Assembly (NCBI GenBank): GCA_963762145.1
Contig: CAVXJS010000021.1
Coordinates: 672,001 to 736,000 of the forward strand
Length of the DNA: 64,000 nt
Origin: an uncultured Candidatus Rokubacteria bacterium
GTDB taxonomy: Bacteria; Methylomirabilota; Methylomirabilia; Rokubacteriales; CSP1-6
Direction: 5' to 3'
Numbering within the stretch: position 1 is the first letter of the stretch; each line of letters begins with the position of its first letter. The notes beneath the pieces are model-generated. The model saw only the letters and a program-made list of their open reading frames with translations, had not been told where the DNA came from and ran no database searches. Positions 38,638 through 48,531 of this stretch are shown one piece after another. The position numbers and the translations under genes were made by a program.

Positions 38638-39096
38638 ATGCTCAAGGTCGAGAAACCCCAGGATTTGCTCCAGCACGTGGGCGAGGAGCTGGGTCCGTCC
38701 GAGTGGCTCACCGTGACGCAGGAGATGATCGACAAGTTCGCGGATGCCACCGGCGATCACCAGTGGATCCACGTGGACGTGGAGCGGGCCAAGAAGGAGA
38801 TGCCGGACGGCAAGACCATCGCTCACGGCTACCTGACGCTCTCGCTCCTCCCCCAGCTCGCCCCGACCCTCATGAGGATCGAGAAGCGCCGCCGCGGCCT
38901 GAACTACGGCTCGAACCGCGTGCGCTTCACCGCGCCGGTGCCCGCGGGCGGGCGCGTCCGGCTGCGCCAGAAGCTGGTCAAGATCGAGCCGGTGGAGGAC
39001 AACGGCTTCCGCATCACCAGCGAGATGACCATGGAGGTCGAGGGCAACGCGCGCCCCGCCATGGTCGCGGAGACGCTCGGCATCGTCTACGCGTAG
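38638..39096 (+). CDS. MaoC family dehydratase
   Basis: SEWLTVTQ.MID.FADATGDHQWIHVD, TIAHGYLTLS, NYG.NRVRF. Confidence 0.94.
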   Translation: MLKVEKPQDLLQHVGEELGPSEWLTVTQEMIDKFADATGDHQWIHVDVERAKKEMPDGKTIAHGYLTLSLLPQLAPTLMRIEKRRRGLNYGSNRVRFTAPVPAGGRVRLRQKLVKIEPVEDNGFRITSEMTMEVEGNARPAMVAETLGIVYA

Positions 39097-39099
39097 AAA

Positions 39100-39176
39100 T
39101 CGGAGGGGGCCTCGACGGCCCCCTCCGAGCCTCCCCCTAGAAGAAACGGATTGCGCCGGCGGAGCCGGCGCTCGGA
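39100..39176 (+). repeat. Two-hairpin intergenic repeat, family B, copy 1
   Basis: TCGGAGGGGGCC-tcgac-GGCCCCCTCCGA, GCCTCCCCC linker, GCGCCGGC-gga-GCCGGCGC. Homologous to 41821-41907 on the minus strand. Confidence 0.8.
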
Positions 39177-39185
39177 ACGACGCGG

Positions 39186-39758
39186 TCAGCGCGCGCCGAT
39201 CACCTTTGCGCGCAGATCGGCCACCTGCTGGTGGAAGGGCGTGCTCGGGCCCGCGGTCATCGGAGTGCTGTCGGCCAGCCCGGTGATGAGCTGCACCATG
39301 ATCGGGCCGTCCTCGGTGAGGAAGCCCGGCAGGCGCTTCTTGAAATCGTCGAGCTCGGTGACGGTGTAGGTATTGCGGTAGCCGGCCGCCTTGGCCATCG
39401 CCGCGAAGTCCGTCCCCGGCCCGCCCGGCGTCTCCTGCGAGCCGGACGTGTGGTAGACGCCGTTCTTGAAGAGCAGGTGCGTGAAGTTGCGCGGGGCCGC
39501 GCCCGCGATGGTGGCGATCGAGCCGAGCTGCATCAGCAGCGAGCCGTCGCCGTCGAAGACGATCACGCGCCGGTCCGGCGCACCCAGCGCCAGCCCCAGG
39601 CCCATCGCGGATGCGCCGCCCATGAAGCCGATGCAGCCGACCGAGAGGTCGTCGGGCGCGATCTTGCGCCACGCGGGCGAGGTGGTCATGGTGGGCACGC
39701 AGATGGCCGTCCCGCGGGCGGCCTGGATCAGCTTGAGGATCTCCTCCGGCTTCATCAT
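39186..39758 (-). CDS. TPP-dependent decarboxylase beta subunit (ComE/phosphonopyruvate decarboxylase-like)
   Basis: G.MG.A...GLG.AL, DGDGSLLM.LG, F.NGVY..SG.Q, DF..MAKAAGY. Confidence 0.85.
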   Translation of the reverse strand: MMKPEEILKLIQAARGTAICVPTMTTSPAWRKIAPDDLSVGCIGFMGGASAMGLGLALGAPDRRVIVFDGDGSLLMQLGSIATIAGAAPRNFTHLLFKNGVYHTSGSQETPGGPGTDFAAMAKAAGYRNTYTVTELDDFKKRLPGFLTEDGPIMVQLITGLADSTPMTAGPSTPFHQQVADLRAKVIGAR

Positions 39759-40297
39759 CACGCGGTCTCCAGCCCGACGAGGACCGCGGCGGGGCCGTTC
39801 CGCTCGCGGCTCTTCCGGTAGTACTGGGCGATCAGCTTCACGTCGTCCGGGCCCTCCATGCGGGCGTGGGGGATGCTGAACACGTCCAGCAGCGGCTCGG
39901 CGAAGCGCACCATGGAGTGCCGCGAGTCCTTCGGATCCTTGTCCTTCTCGCGGCTCAGCAGCCCGATCATGTAGAAGATCGGGATCTTGCCGTCCATCGA
40001 GATGCCGCGGATCGTGTTCACGCTGGCGTAGAGGCCGGCGTGCTGGATCATCACGATCACCGGCTCGCCGGTCATGTAGAGTCCCGCCGCCACCGCGTTG
40101 GCATCGTCCTCGGTCGAGCACGTGAGGACGCGCAGGCTACGCTCCTTGTCCAGCGCGGCCAGCACGCTCTTCTGGTGCGTGTCCGGCACGCTGATGATCC
40201 AGCCGAGCGGGTCCTGGCGTTTGGCGCCTTTTCGCTCCGACTGGAAAATCTCCTTGAATGCGTCGATGATCAGAGAGGACGGAACCGACTCGGGCAT
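39758..40297 (-). CDS. TPP-dependent decarboxylase alpha subunit (ComD-like)
   Basis: SVPD, E....AVAAG....G, MIQ.AG...SVN. Stop overlaps the beta start. SD GAGGAGG. Confidence 0.8.
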   Translation of the reverse strand: MPESVPSSLIIDAFKEIFQSERKGAKRQDPLGWIISVPDTHQKSVLAALDKERSLRVLTCSTEDDANAVAAGLYMTGEPVIVMIQHAGLYASVNTIRGISMDGKIPIFYMIGLLSREKDKDPKDSRHSMVRFAEPLLDVFSIPHARMEGPDDVKLIAQYYRKSRERNGPAAVLVGLETA

Positions 40298-40404
40298 TGG
40301 CACTTCCTCCTCGAATGACCGGCTTCCCCGCCGGACCAGCGGAAAGTCTGCCACAGGACGTCGCCACGGGGAAGCGGTACCCGCGCATGTTACGCTGGAA
40401 GAGC

Positions 40405-40728
40405 ATGACATCCTCCCCCCTGCCGGACCTCCTCCGGGAGCAGGACGGGCGCCACCCGTTCTGGCTGCGCCTCGTGTTCCTGGCCGCCGCGGTCGTATGC
40501 TTCGCGCTCGGCGTCGTCGGCTGGCTCATCCCGGTGATCACCGGCATCCCGTTCTATGCGGCCGGCCTCGTCTTCCTGGGCCTGGCCAGCGACCGGACCC
40601 GCCGCTTCATCAACCGCATGGAGCGCCGGCTCTCGGAGAACACCCGGCGAAGGATGCGACGGCTCATCGCCAGGGTCCCCGGGCAGTGGGTGCGCAACCT
40701 CGTCAATATTCCCGAGGGCGCCGTCTAG
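40405..40728 (+). CDS. Small membrane protein (DUF454-like)
   Basis: LGVVGWLIPVITGIPF..AGL hairpin followed by a basic tail. Confidence 0.65.
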   Translation: MTSSPLPDLLREQDGRHPFWLRLVFLAAAVVCFALGVVGWLIPVITGIPFYAAGLVFLGLASDRTRRFINRMERRLSENTRRRMRRLIARVPGQWVRNLVNIPEGAV

Positions 40729-40745
40729 CCGCTTAAGATAGGACC

Positions 40746-41814
40746 ATGCTCGCGCGATTGAGCAGGGCGGCCGCCCTCGCCGGCCTGCTCTGCGTGCCCT
40801 TGCCCGCCGGCGTCGCCGACGCCCAGTCGGCGGATGACAACCAGGTCCTCGACGTCCGTCGCCTCTCCGCCGAGCAGCGCCGCCGGCTCCTGGCCGGCGA
40901 CACCATCGGCTACCAGGTGGCCGAGACCACCGAGACCGAGCTGGGCGCGGGCGTGGCGATGTACCTGCCCGTCCCGCTCGGCCGCGCGGCCGAAGCGCTC
41001 ACGAGCCCCGACCTCGTCGTGAAGGATCCGAGCATCACCGCCTGGGGGCCGCTCGCCCCGGACGCGACGGTGGCCGCGCTCGCGGGCTACAAGCTCTCGA
41101 CCGGCGAGGTCGCGGAGGCGCAGGACGCCTTCGAGGCGGTGCGCCGGCGGCCGCCTCAACCTCTCGGCGTCCGAGATCGAGGCGTTCCGCGCGGCCCGGG
41201 CCACGCTGCGTGCCACCGACCGGGCGGCGGTGGCGGAGGGCGGCGCGGCTCAGTGGCGCGCGCTCCTCCTCGAGCGCGCGCAGGCGTTCCAGGCGCGCGG
41301 GCTCGACGGCGTGGCGCCCTACGCGCGCCGCGGCGGCGTCACCGACCCGGCCGCGGTCCTCCGGGTGGCCGCGGGCGACGCGCGGATCGTCGGCCACCTG
41401 ACCCCGCGCCTGGCCGACGCGCTCCTGCGCTTTCCCGCCGAGCAGAGCCCCACCGCGATCAGCCAGCTCTACTGGGTGAAGCGCCAGGTCCAGGGCCGGC
41501 CCGACCCGATCCTGGTCCACCATCTCGTGGACGTGACGCCCCAGCTCGCGCTCTACGTCGAGCGGCACGTCTACGTGGGCCACTCCTACAACGCGAGCCA
41601 GATCCTCTCCGGCGCGGTGCCCTACGAGGACGGGGTGCTCATCTTCTCGACCAACCGCGTCTCCACCGACCAGATCGCGGGCCTCGGCGGGGAGCTCAAG
41701 CGCACGATCGGCCGGCGCCAGCTCCGGGGCGAGATCGTCAAGCGCTTCGATCGCATCCGCGCCGCGCTGGTGAAGCCGACCGCGCCGACCGAGCGCGTCG
41801 TGGAGAGCCCGTAG
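40746..41814 (+). CDS. Secreted hypothetical protein (one frameshift near 41140)
   Basis: Signal peptide in ORF 40746. Continues in another frame as LNLSASEIEAF...YWVKR...RP...L.H...ERHVYVGHSYN. Confidence 0.7.
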
Positions 41815-41820
41815 CCTCCG

Positions 41821-41907
41821 TCCGAGCGCGGGCTTCGCCCGCGCAACCTGTTCTGGGGGAGGCTCGGAGGGGGCCCCCTCTTGAACAGCAGAAGGGGCCC
41901 CCTTCGA
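41821..41907 (-). repeat. Two-hairpin intergenic repeat, family B, copy 2
   Basis: Minus strand: TCGAAGGGGGCC...GGCCCCCTCCGA GCCTCCCCC AGAA...TTGCGCGGGC-gaa-GCCCGCGC TCGGA. Confidence 0.8.
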
Positions 41908-42711
41908 CTAATCTCCGAGCACCCGCCTCCGCAGCAGGCGGAGATCGAGCGGCACCAGGATCGCCAGCAGCAGCCCCGAGAGGATCAGCACGCCGGCCAG
42001 GTGCCCCGCGACCGGGCCTCCGAGCAGGATGCCGCGGAAGGCCTGGGCCAGGTGATGCAGCGGGTTCACCACATTGAGCGCAACCAGCACGGGGTGCTCG
42101 AGCGGAAAGTAGGTCGAGGAGAGCACGCCCATCGGCAGCACGAGCAGGAAGATGGGCAGGTTCATGTGGTCGATGGTGGGCACGATCGCGGTGAAGCAGA
42201 GCCCGAGGGCTGCGAACCCGCACGCCGCCACGAACACGATGGGCAGCAGCGCGGGCAACAGGGCGATCCGGATGTCGAGGAAGCCGCTCGCGTTCATCCC
42301 CGCGAGCACCGCGGCAACGATCACCACGTACATGGTGGAGAGTAGCCCCGCCCACAGCACCTCGCCCCAGACCACGTGCGGCAGCGCGACCTGGGTGGTG
42401 AGCTGCCCCTCCCACGTCCGCTGGTAGCGCATGCGGATGAAGGCGCCGAAGAGCGACTGGAAGATGGCGGTCATGAAGGTCGCGTAGGCGAGCAGCCCGG
42501 GAGCCACGTAGCTCATGTAATCAATCGGGCGACCCTCCCACGCGAGGCTCGCCACGTAGCCCCCGAGCCCCACCCCGAACGCGAGCAACATGGTCACCGG
42601 CTCGAGCGCAGGAGGTAGGAAGGCGGTGTGCCAGTTGCGCATGTACACGCGCAGGTGCCGCGCCACCACCGCGCGGCTCTGCCACTCGAGCGCCGAAGCC
42701 AGCCACGTCAT
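41908..42711 (-). CDS. ABC-2 exporter permease (NodJ-like)
   Basis: EP...L..FG.GLG, Y.SYVAPGL, F.RM..QRTW, S.T.FP, PL.H. Confidence 0.88.
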   Translation of the reverse strand: MTWLASALEWQSRAVVARHLRVYMRNWHTAFLPPALEPVTMLLAFGVGLGGYVASLAWEGRPIDYMSYVAPGLLAYATFMTAIFQSLFGAFIRMRYQRTWEGQLTTQVALPHVVWGEVLWAGLLSTMYVVIVAAVLAGMNASGFLDIRIALLPALLPIVFVAACGFAALGLCFTAIVPTIDHMNLPIFLLVLPMGVLSSTYFPLEHPVLVALNVVNPLHHLAQAFRGILLGGPVAGHLAGVLILSGLLLAILVPLDLRLLRRRVLGD

Positions 42712-43610
42712 GGCTTGAGCGAGAGCTTGAGGAAGAGGTCGTCGAGGGTGGGGCCGCGCACCTCGTAGCGAAGGGCCGGGAACGCACGCGCGAACTCGGC
42801 CAGCTCCTCGCCGGAGACCGGCACGTGCCAGGCGCCGAGCACGCTCGCCGGCTCGCCGCGTCCTCGCGCCCCGAGCCAGGCCGCCACCGCCGCGCCGCCG
42901 CCGCCGTCCACCACGATCACGTGCTCGCCCACCAGGTCGCCCAGCACGGTCTTGGCGGTGCCGCGCGCCACCACGCGGCCGTGGGCCAGCACGGTGAGCG
43001 CGTCGCTCAGCCGCTCCGCCTCGTCCATGTAGTGGGTGGTGAGGATGATGCCGAGGCCCTCCGCGCGCAGCCCGTCCACGAGATCCCACACGCCCATGCG
43101 CGCCTGCGGATCGAGGCCGGTCGTCGGCTCGTCGAGGAAGAGCAGGCGCGGGCGGTGCACGAGCGCGCGCGCGATCATGAGCCGCCGCCGGTAGCCGCCC
43201 GAGAGGGTCTCCGGCTTGTGGCCCGCGTAGGGGCCCAGCTCGAAGCGCTCGAGCAGCTCGGCCACGCGGCGCGCGAGGTCGCCCGGCCGCGGGCGGAAGT
43301 AGGTCGCGGCGATCGTGAGGTTCTGCTCCACCGTGAAGTCGCCGTCGAACGTGTCGTCCTGGGTGCACACCCCGATCGAGCGCTTGGCCCGCACCAGGTC
43401 GCGCCCCAGCTCCACGCCGTCCACGAGGATGCAGCCCTCGTCGGGATGCAGGAACCCGTACAGCATCCGGAGCGTGGTGGTCTTGCCCGCCCCGTTGGGC
43501 CCGAGCAGGCCCACGATCTGCGAGGACTCGCAGGCGAGGTCCACCCCGTCCACCACCCGGCGGCCGCCGAGATGCTTGACCAGATTGCGCGCGTCGAGGA
43601 GCACGGACAT
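42708..43610 (-). CDS. ABC-2 exporter ATP-binding protein (NodI-like)
   Basis: GPNGAGKTT, LSGG..RRL.IARAL, LDEPTTGLDPQAR, LTTHYMDEAE. Confidence 0.92.
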   Translation of the reverse strand: MSVLLDARNLVKHLGGRRVVDGVDLACESSQIVGLLGPNGAGKTTTLRMLYGFLHPDEGCILVDGVELGRDLVRAKRSIGVCTQDDTFDGDFTVEQNLTIAATYFRPRPGDLARRVAELLERFELGPYAGHKPETLSGGYRRRLMIARALVHRPRLLFLDEPTTGLDPQARMGVWDLVDGLRAEGLGIILTTHYMDEAERLSDALTVLAHGRVVARGTAKTVLGDLVGEHVIVVDGGGGAAVAAWLGARGRGEPASVLGAWHVPVSGEELAEFARAFPALRYEVRGPTLDDLFLKLSLKP

Positions 43611-43693
43611 GACTCCCGATTGTACCCGGGCTTGACAAGCCTGGCGCGGGGGGTCAGTGTCTCGAGGGTCCGAGCATGCCAGGAGGAGCCGCC

Positions 43694-44158
43694 ATGAAGC
43701 CCAAGCGCCCGCGGAAGCCAGCCCGCTCCAAGCGCCCCGCTTCGAAGCGCCCCGGTCACCCGCCGGCGCGCGCCCCGCGCGATCCGCTGCTGTCTCGCAT
43801 GGCGGGCGCCGACCATCGCGTGATCGGCGGCGTGTCCATCGACACCACCCGCACCGCCAACGGCCGCGTGAAGCGCGTGTGCTACCCGCCCGGCTTCCGC
43901 TGGTCCACCCACATGAAGCCGCTCGTGAACACGCCCCTCTGCATGCACGCCCACGTCGGGTTCCTGGCCCGCGGCCGCGTGCGCGGCACCTACGCCGACG
44001 GCTGCGCCTTCGACCTCGCCGCGCCGCGCGCGGTGGTGATCGAGCCCGGCCACGACGCGTGGGTGGTCGGCAAGGACGCGGCCGTGCTCATCGAGTTCGA
44101 CACCGAGAGCAGCACCGCGGCCCGCTTCGGGCTGCCCGAAAGCCACCGTCACGCGTGA
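43694..44158 (+). CDS. Cupin-like protein with basic K/R/P-rich N-tail
   Basis: PGFRWS.HMKP.V.T..C...HVG, I.PGHDAWVVG. SD AGGAGG. Confidence 0.8.
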   Translation: MKPKRPRKPARSKRPASKRPGHPPARAPRDPLLSRMAGADHRVIGGVSIDTTRTANGRVKRVCYPPGFRWSTHMKPLVNTPLCMHAHVGFLARGRVRGTYADGCAFDLAAPRAVVIEPGHDAWVVGKDAAVLIEFDTESSTAARFGLPESHRHA

Positions 44159-44175
44159 CATCCGAGAGAGAGCCC

Positions 44176-45270
44176 ATGACCTCCGAGCTCGAAGACAAGT
44201 TCCAGACCCTGCACGAGATCGTGCGCGCCGCCCGCATGAACCTGGCCCCCGGCCCCTGGGATTACCTGGTGGGCGGCACCGAGACCGAGACCACGCTGCG
44301 CCGCAACCGCCTGGGGATCGACAGCCTCGCGTTCCGGCCGCGCGTGCTGCGCGACGTCTCGCGCATCGATCCCAGCTCCACGTTCTTCGGGCGGCGGCTG
44401 CGCATTCCGGTGATGCTGGCGCCCATCGGGTCGATCGAGTCGTTCACCCCGGGCGGCGCCGCCACCGCGGCCAAGGGCTCCGCCGCGTTCGGAGTGGCGC
44501 AGATGCTCAGCTCGGCGTGCAACCCGGGCCTCGAGGCCACCGCCGCGGCGGCCCCCGACAACTTCCGCATCTTCCAGCTCTACGTCCGCGGCGACGACGC
44601 CTTCGTGGACGACCACGTCAAGCGCGCGAAGGACAACGGCTACGCGGTCTTCTGCATGACGGTGGACACCGCGGTCTACAGCCGGCGCGAGCGCGATCTG
44701 GCCCGGCGCTTCGTCAAGCCGTGGCGGCTGCGCGCCACCGGCCAGGACTTCCAGGCCGCGCTCTCGTGGGACCAGGTCAAGCGCTTCAAGGACCGCCACG
44801 ACATCCCGCTGATCCTGAAGGGCATCGCCACCGGCGAGGACGCGGCCATCGCGTGCGACCACGGCGTCGACGCGGTCTACGTCTCCAACCACGGCGGCCG
44901 CCAGCTCGATCACGGACGCGGCTCGATCGAGGTGCTGCCCGAGGTGGTGAAGGCGGTGGCGGGGCGCAGCGTGGTCATGGTGGACGGCGGCTTCATGCGC
45001 GGCACCGACGTGGTCAAGGCCATCGCGCTGGGCGCGCAGGTGGTCGGGCTCGGGCGCCTGTCCTGCCTCGGGCTGGCCGCCGCGGCCGACGCGGGACTCG
45101 TGCGCACGCTCGAGCTGCTCGAGGACGAGATCCGCATCGCGATGGGGCTCCTCGGCGTGCACAGCCTGGCCCAGCTCGATCCGTCGTACCTGCACCCCGC
45201 CCCGCCGGTCACCCTGCCCCACGTGACGAGCGCGTTCCCGCTGCTCGACCTGGACGACCGCCGCTACTAG
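44176..45270 (+). CDS. FMN-dependent alpha-hydroxy acid oxidase (paralog of 7460)
   Basis: GGTETETTLRRNR, FRPRVL, FQLY, RRERD, LKG, SNHGGRQLD, DGG..RGTD. Confidence 0.94.
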   Translation: MTSELEDKFQTLHEIVRAARMNLAPGPWDYLVGGTETETTLRRNRLGIDSLAFRPRVLRDVSRIDPSSTFFGRRLRIPVMLAPIGSIESFTPGGAATAAKGSAAFGVAQMLSSACNPGLEATAAAAPDNFRIFQLYVRGDDAFVDDHVKRAKDNGYAVFCMTVDTAVYSRRERDLARRFVKPWRLRATGQDFQAALSWDQVKRFKDRHDIPLILKGIATGEDAAIACDHGVDAVYVSNHGGRQLDHGRGSIEVLPEVVKAVAGRSVVMVDGGFMRGTDVVKAIALGAQVVGLGRLSCLGLAAAADAGLVRTLELLEDEIRIAMGLLGVHSLAQLDPSYLHPAPPVTLPHVTSAFPLLDLDDRRY

Positions 45271-45274
45271 CGCC

Positions 45275-46863
45275 GTGCTCGACCTCAAGATCACGGGCGG
45301 GCAGGTGATCGACGGCACCGGCGCGCCCGCGCGCCGCGCCGACGTCGGGGTCACCGGCGACCGCGTCACCACCGTGGGCGACCTCGCGGCCGAGCCCGCC
45401 GGACGCACGATCGACGCGGCGGGCCGCACCGTCACCCCGGGCTTCATCGACATGCACTCGCATTCGGACTGGCGGCTCTGGGGCAACCGCCGCGCCGAGT
45501 CGAAGATTCGCCAGGGCGTGACCACCGAGGTGGTTGGCAACTGCGGCTTCTCCCCGCCCCGGTCTCGGACGAGTACCGGAGCGAGATGCAGGGCTTCGCC
45601 CTCTACGTGCCGCCCGGGATGGACTTCTCCTGGAATTCGGTGGGCGACTACCTGGCGCGCTACGAGAGCGACGGGGTGGCGCTCAACGTCGCCCAGCTCA
45701 TCGGCCACGGCACGCTCCGGCTCGCCGCGATGGGCTTCGCGCGCCGTTCGCCCACCGCGCGCGAGCAGGCCCACATGGAGCGCATGATGGACGAGGCGAT
45801 GGCCGACGGCGCCTACGGCCTCGCCACCGGCCTCATCTACGCGCCGGGCTCCTACGCGGCCACCGAGGAGATCATCGGCATCGCGCGCCGCGCGGCGGGC
45901 GGCCGCGGCTTCTACGCGAGCCACATCCGCGGCGAGGGCGCGACCCTGCTCGACGCGGTGGCCGAGGCCATCCGGGTCGGGCGCGAGGGCGGCCTGCCCG
46001 CGCAGGTGAGCCACGTGAAGGCGGCGGGCCGCCCGAACTGGGGCCGGGTGGCCGACGCGCTCGCGCTCATCGACGCCGCGCGCGCCCAGGGCCAGGACGT
46101 GATGGGCGACGTCTATCCCTACACCGCCTCCAGCACCACGCTGCGCACGCTGCTACCCGACTGGGTGCTCGAGGGCGGCATCGACGCGATGCTCAAGCGC
46201 CTGGCCGACGGCCCGACGCGCGACCGCATCCGCCGGGACCTGACGGGCGGCGGCGAGACGTTGCTGCGCGGGCTCGACTGGTCCGACATCATGGTGGCGT
46301 ACTCGCCCTCGCGGCCCGACGCGCAGGGCCGGCGTATCGCCGAGATCGCGGCCGCGCGCGGGCAGGATCCGCTCGACGCGGCCATCGAGCTGATCGTGGC
46401 CGAGCAGGGCAAGGGCTACATGATCCTGTTCCAGCTCGACGAGGCGGACCTGCGGCGCGCGCTCGTCCACGAGCACGTCATGATCGGCTCCGACGGCTCG
46501 TCGCTCGCCGCCGAGGGCCCGCTCGCCGTGGGCAAACCGCACCCGCGCAGCTACGGGACGTTCCCGCGCGTGCTCGGCCGCTACGCGCGCGACGAGCGCG
46601 TGCTGTCGCTCGAGAGCGCGGTGTGGAAGATGACCGGGCTACCCGCGCGGCGCCTGGGCCTCGCCGACCGCGGCGTGCTCGCCCCGGGGGCGAAGGCCGA
46701 CGTGGTGGTGTTCGACCCGGCGACGGTGGCCGACCGGGCGACCTACGAGGACCCGCACCGGTACCCGACCGGCATCGGCCACGTGCTGGTGAACGGGCGC
46801 GTGGTCATCGCCGACGGTGAGCACACCGGCGCGCTGCCCGGGCGGGTGCTGCGGCCCGAATAG
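45275..46863 (+). CDS. N-acyl-D-amino-acid deacylase (one frameshift in a C run near 45555)
   Basis: IDGTG, PGFIDMHSHSD, QGVTTEV.GNCG, GL.YAPG, SH.R.E, DVYPY, GSDG, HPR.YGTF. Confidence 0.92.
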
Positions 46864-46867
46864 ACCG

Positions 46868-46941
46868 CCCCTCACCCCGATCAGCGAATCACCCTCTCCC
46901 CTCTGGGGAGAGGGCAGGGTGAGGGGCTCCAGGGTGAGGGG
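46868..46941. repeat. Repeat family A, composite copy
   Basis: CCCCTCACCC...CCCTCTCCCC tct GGGGAGAGGGCAGGGTGAGGGG ctcc AGGGTGAGGGG, between convergent genes. Confidence 0.85.
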
Positions 46942-48492
46942 CTACTTCGCGAGCCACGCGTTCCAGAAATACAGATAGGGGCCCGGCTTGAAGCCGCGCA
47001 GGTCCTTCCGCATCGCCTGCAGCGTGTAATAGTCGCCGAGCTTGATGCGCCCCACGTCCTCGTAGAAGATCGCCTGCAGCCGCTCGATGATGGCGCGGCG
47101 CTTCTTGGGGTCGGTCTCGCGCGCGAGGTCGGCCATCAGCTTGTCCTTCTCCTCCGCGCACCACCACCCGGGCCAGTTGCACTGCAGCGCCGACGCCAGC
47201 GCGGGGTCGGGGTTGAAGGTGAATCCGGTCGAGAACAGATCGAAGAGCTCCGCCTTGTTGCGCCGCTGCACCAGCGTGGCCCAGTCCACCACCTGGAGGT
47301 CCACCACGAAGCCGGCCTCCTCCATCTGCTGCTTGGCCACCACCGCGGTGTTGTACATCCACTCGTATTCCTTGGTGGTGACCCAGCGCACCGGCTGACC
47401 GGCGTAGCCCGCTTCCTTCAGGAGCGCGCGGGCGCGGTCCTTGCTCTTGAGGTTGTAGCCGGTGACCCCGGTCGTGGAGTAGAACGCGGCCTGCTCCGGA
47501 TAGAAGAGCGCGCCGGAGAGGCGGTAGAAATCCTTGTTGCCGACACCGGCCGCCATGATCGGCTCCATGTCGAGCGCGGCCTGGAGCGCCTGGCGGACCT
47601 TCTTGTTCGCCATCACGCCCTGCTTGTGGTTCGGCACCGCGGTGATCCAGCCGTAGGGCTTCACCGCGGCGGCCGCGATGTCGCCACGGGTCTTGATCCC
47701 GTCGTACTTGTCCTGGTTGATCTGGTTGGCGAAGTGGTACTCCCCCGTCTCCACGCCGGCCAGGCGCACCGCCACGTCCGGCACCGGGATGAACAGGATC
47801 TCGTCGAGGTACGCGGTGCGCTTCCCGCCGTAGCCGTCCGGCGCTTCCTTGCGGGCCGCGTAGTCCTTGAAGCGCGCCAGCTTGATGTGCCGGTCGGGCC
47901 GGTGCTCGACGAAGCGGTAAGGGCCGGTGCCGATGAACTCCTTGATCTGCCCGTCCCCCGCCGCGTCGATCACTTCCTTGGGATGAATGGACGCGCCGTT
48001 GTTCGGGCTGCCGAAGGCATAGAGCAGCGAGCCCGACGGCTCCTTGAGGTGGATCACCACGGTGTGCGGGTCCCGGGCCTCGACCGCCTCGACCGCGCGC
48101 CACACCGCCTTGCCGGTGGTCGCCACCTTGCCCCAGCGGTTGAGCGAGGCCACCACGTCGGCCGAGGTCATCTCCTTGCCGGTGTGGAAGCGCACGCCCT
48201 TGCGGAGCCCGATGGTGTGGCGGCGGCCGTCGGGCGTCATCGCGTGCGACTCGGCCAGCAGGGGGATCGGCGCAAACTTCGCGTCGTAGGTGAAGAGGCC
48301 TTCGTAGATGTGGAAGGCGATCTCCTGGGTGATGACCGCGGTCGTCCAGTGCAGGTCGAGCGTGGGCGGCTCGCCGATCATCGCCGCCTTCAGCACGCCG
48401 CCCGGGCGGGGCGTGTCCTGGGCCGCCGCGGGGCCGGGGAGGATCGTTGCCACGAGGAGGGCCGGGATCGCGAGTGCGCGGGTGATTTTCAT
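46942..48492 (-). CDS. ABC substrate-binding protein, family 5 (orphan paralog of 21440)
   Basis: GEPP.LD.HWTTA, HIYEGL, GKEMTS.DVVASL.RWGK, TT.EY.WMY, DLQVVDWATLV shared with the 21440 protein. Confidence 0.94.
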   Translation of the reverse strand: MKITRALAIPALLVATILPGPAAAQDTPRPGGVLKAAMIGEPPTLDLHWTTAVITQEIAFHIYEGLFTYDAKFAPIPLLAESHAMTPDGRRHTIGLRKGVRFHTGKEMTSADVVASLNRWGKVATTGKAVWRAVEAVEARDPHTVVIHLKEPSGSLLYAFGSPNNGASIHPKEVIDAAGDGQIKEFIGTGPYRFVEHRPDRHIKLARFKDYAARKEAPDGYGGKRTAYLDEILFIPVPDVAVRLAGVETGEYHFANQINQDKYDGIKTRGDIAAAAVKPYGWITAVPNHKQGVMANKKVRQALQAALDMEPIMAAGVGNKDFYRLSGALFYPEQAAFYSTTGVTGYNLKSKDRARALLKEAGYAGQPVRWVTTKEYEWMYNTAVVAKQQMEEAGFVVDLQVVDWATLVQRRNKAELFDLFSTGFTFNPDPALASALQCNWPGWWCAEEKDKLMADLARETDPKKRRAIIERLQAIFYEDVGRIKLGDYYTLQAMRKDLRGFKPGPYLYFWNAWLAK

Positions 48493-48531
48493 GCGGCGAC
48501 TATCTCCGAGATTGGCCGGGCGGTCAAACCG

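Noticed and set aside
41908-43610. NodI/NodJ-like exporter as a nodulation system
   Set aside because: This ABC-2 family is widespread and no nodABC is present.
45545-45565. Programmed frameshift or phase variation in the D-aminoacylase (also near 41140)
   Set aside because: A single base missing in a short C run with no slippery heptamer. Error is more likely given the other indels in the window.
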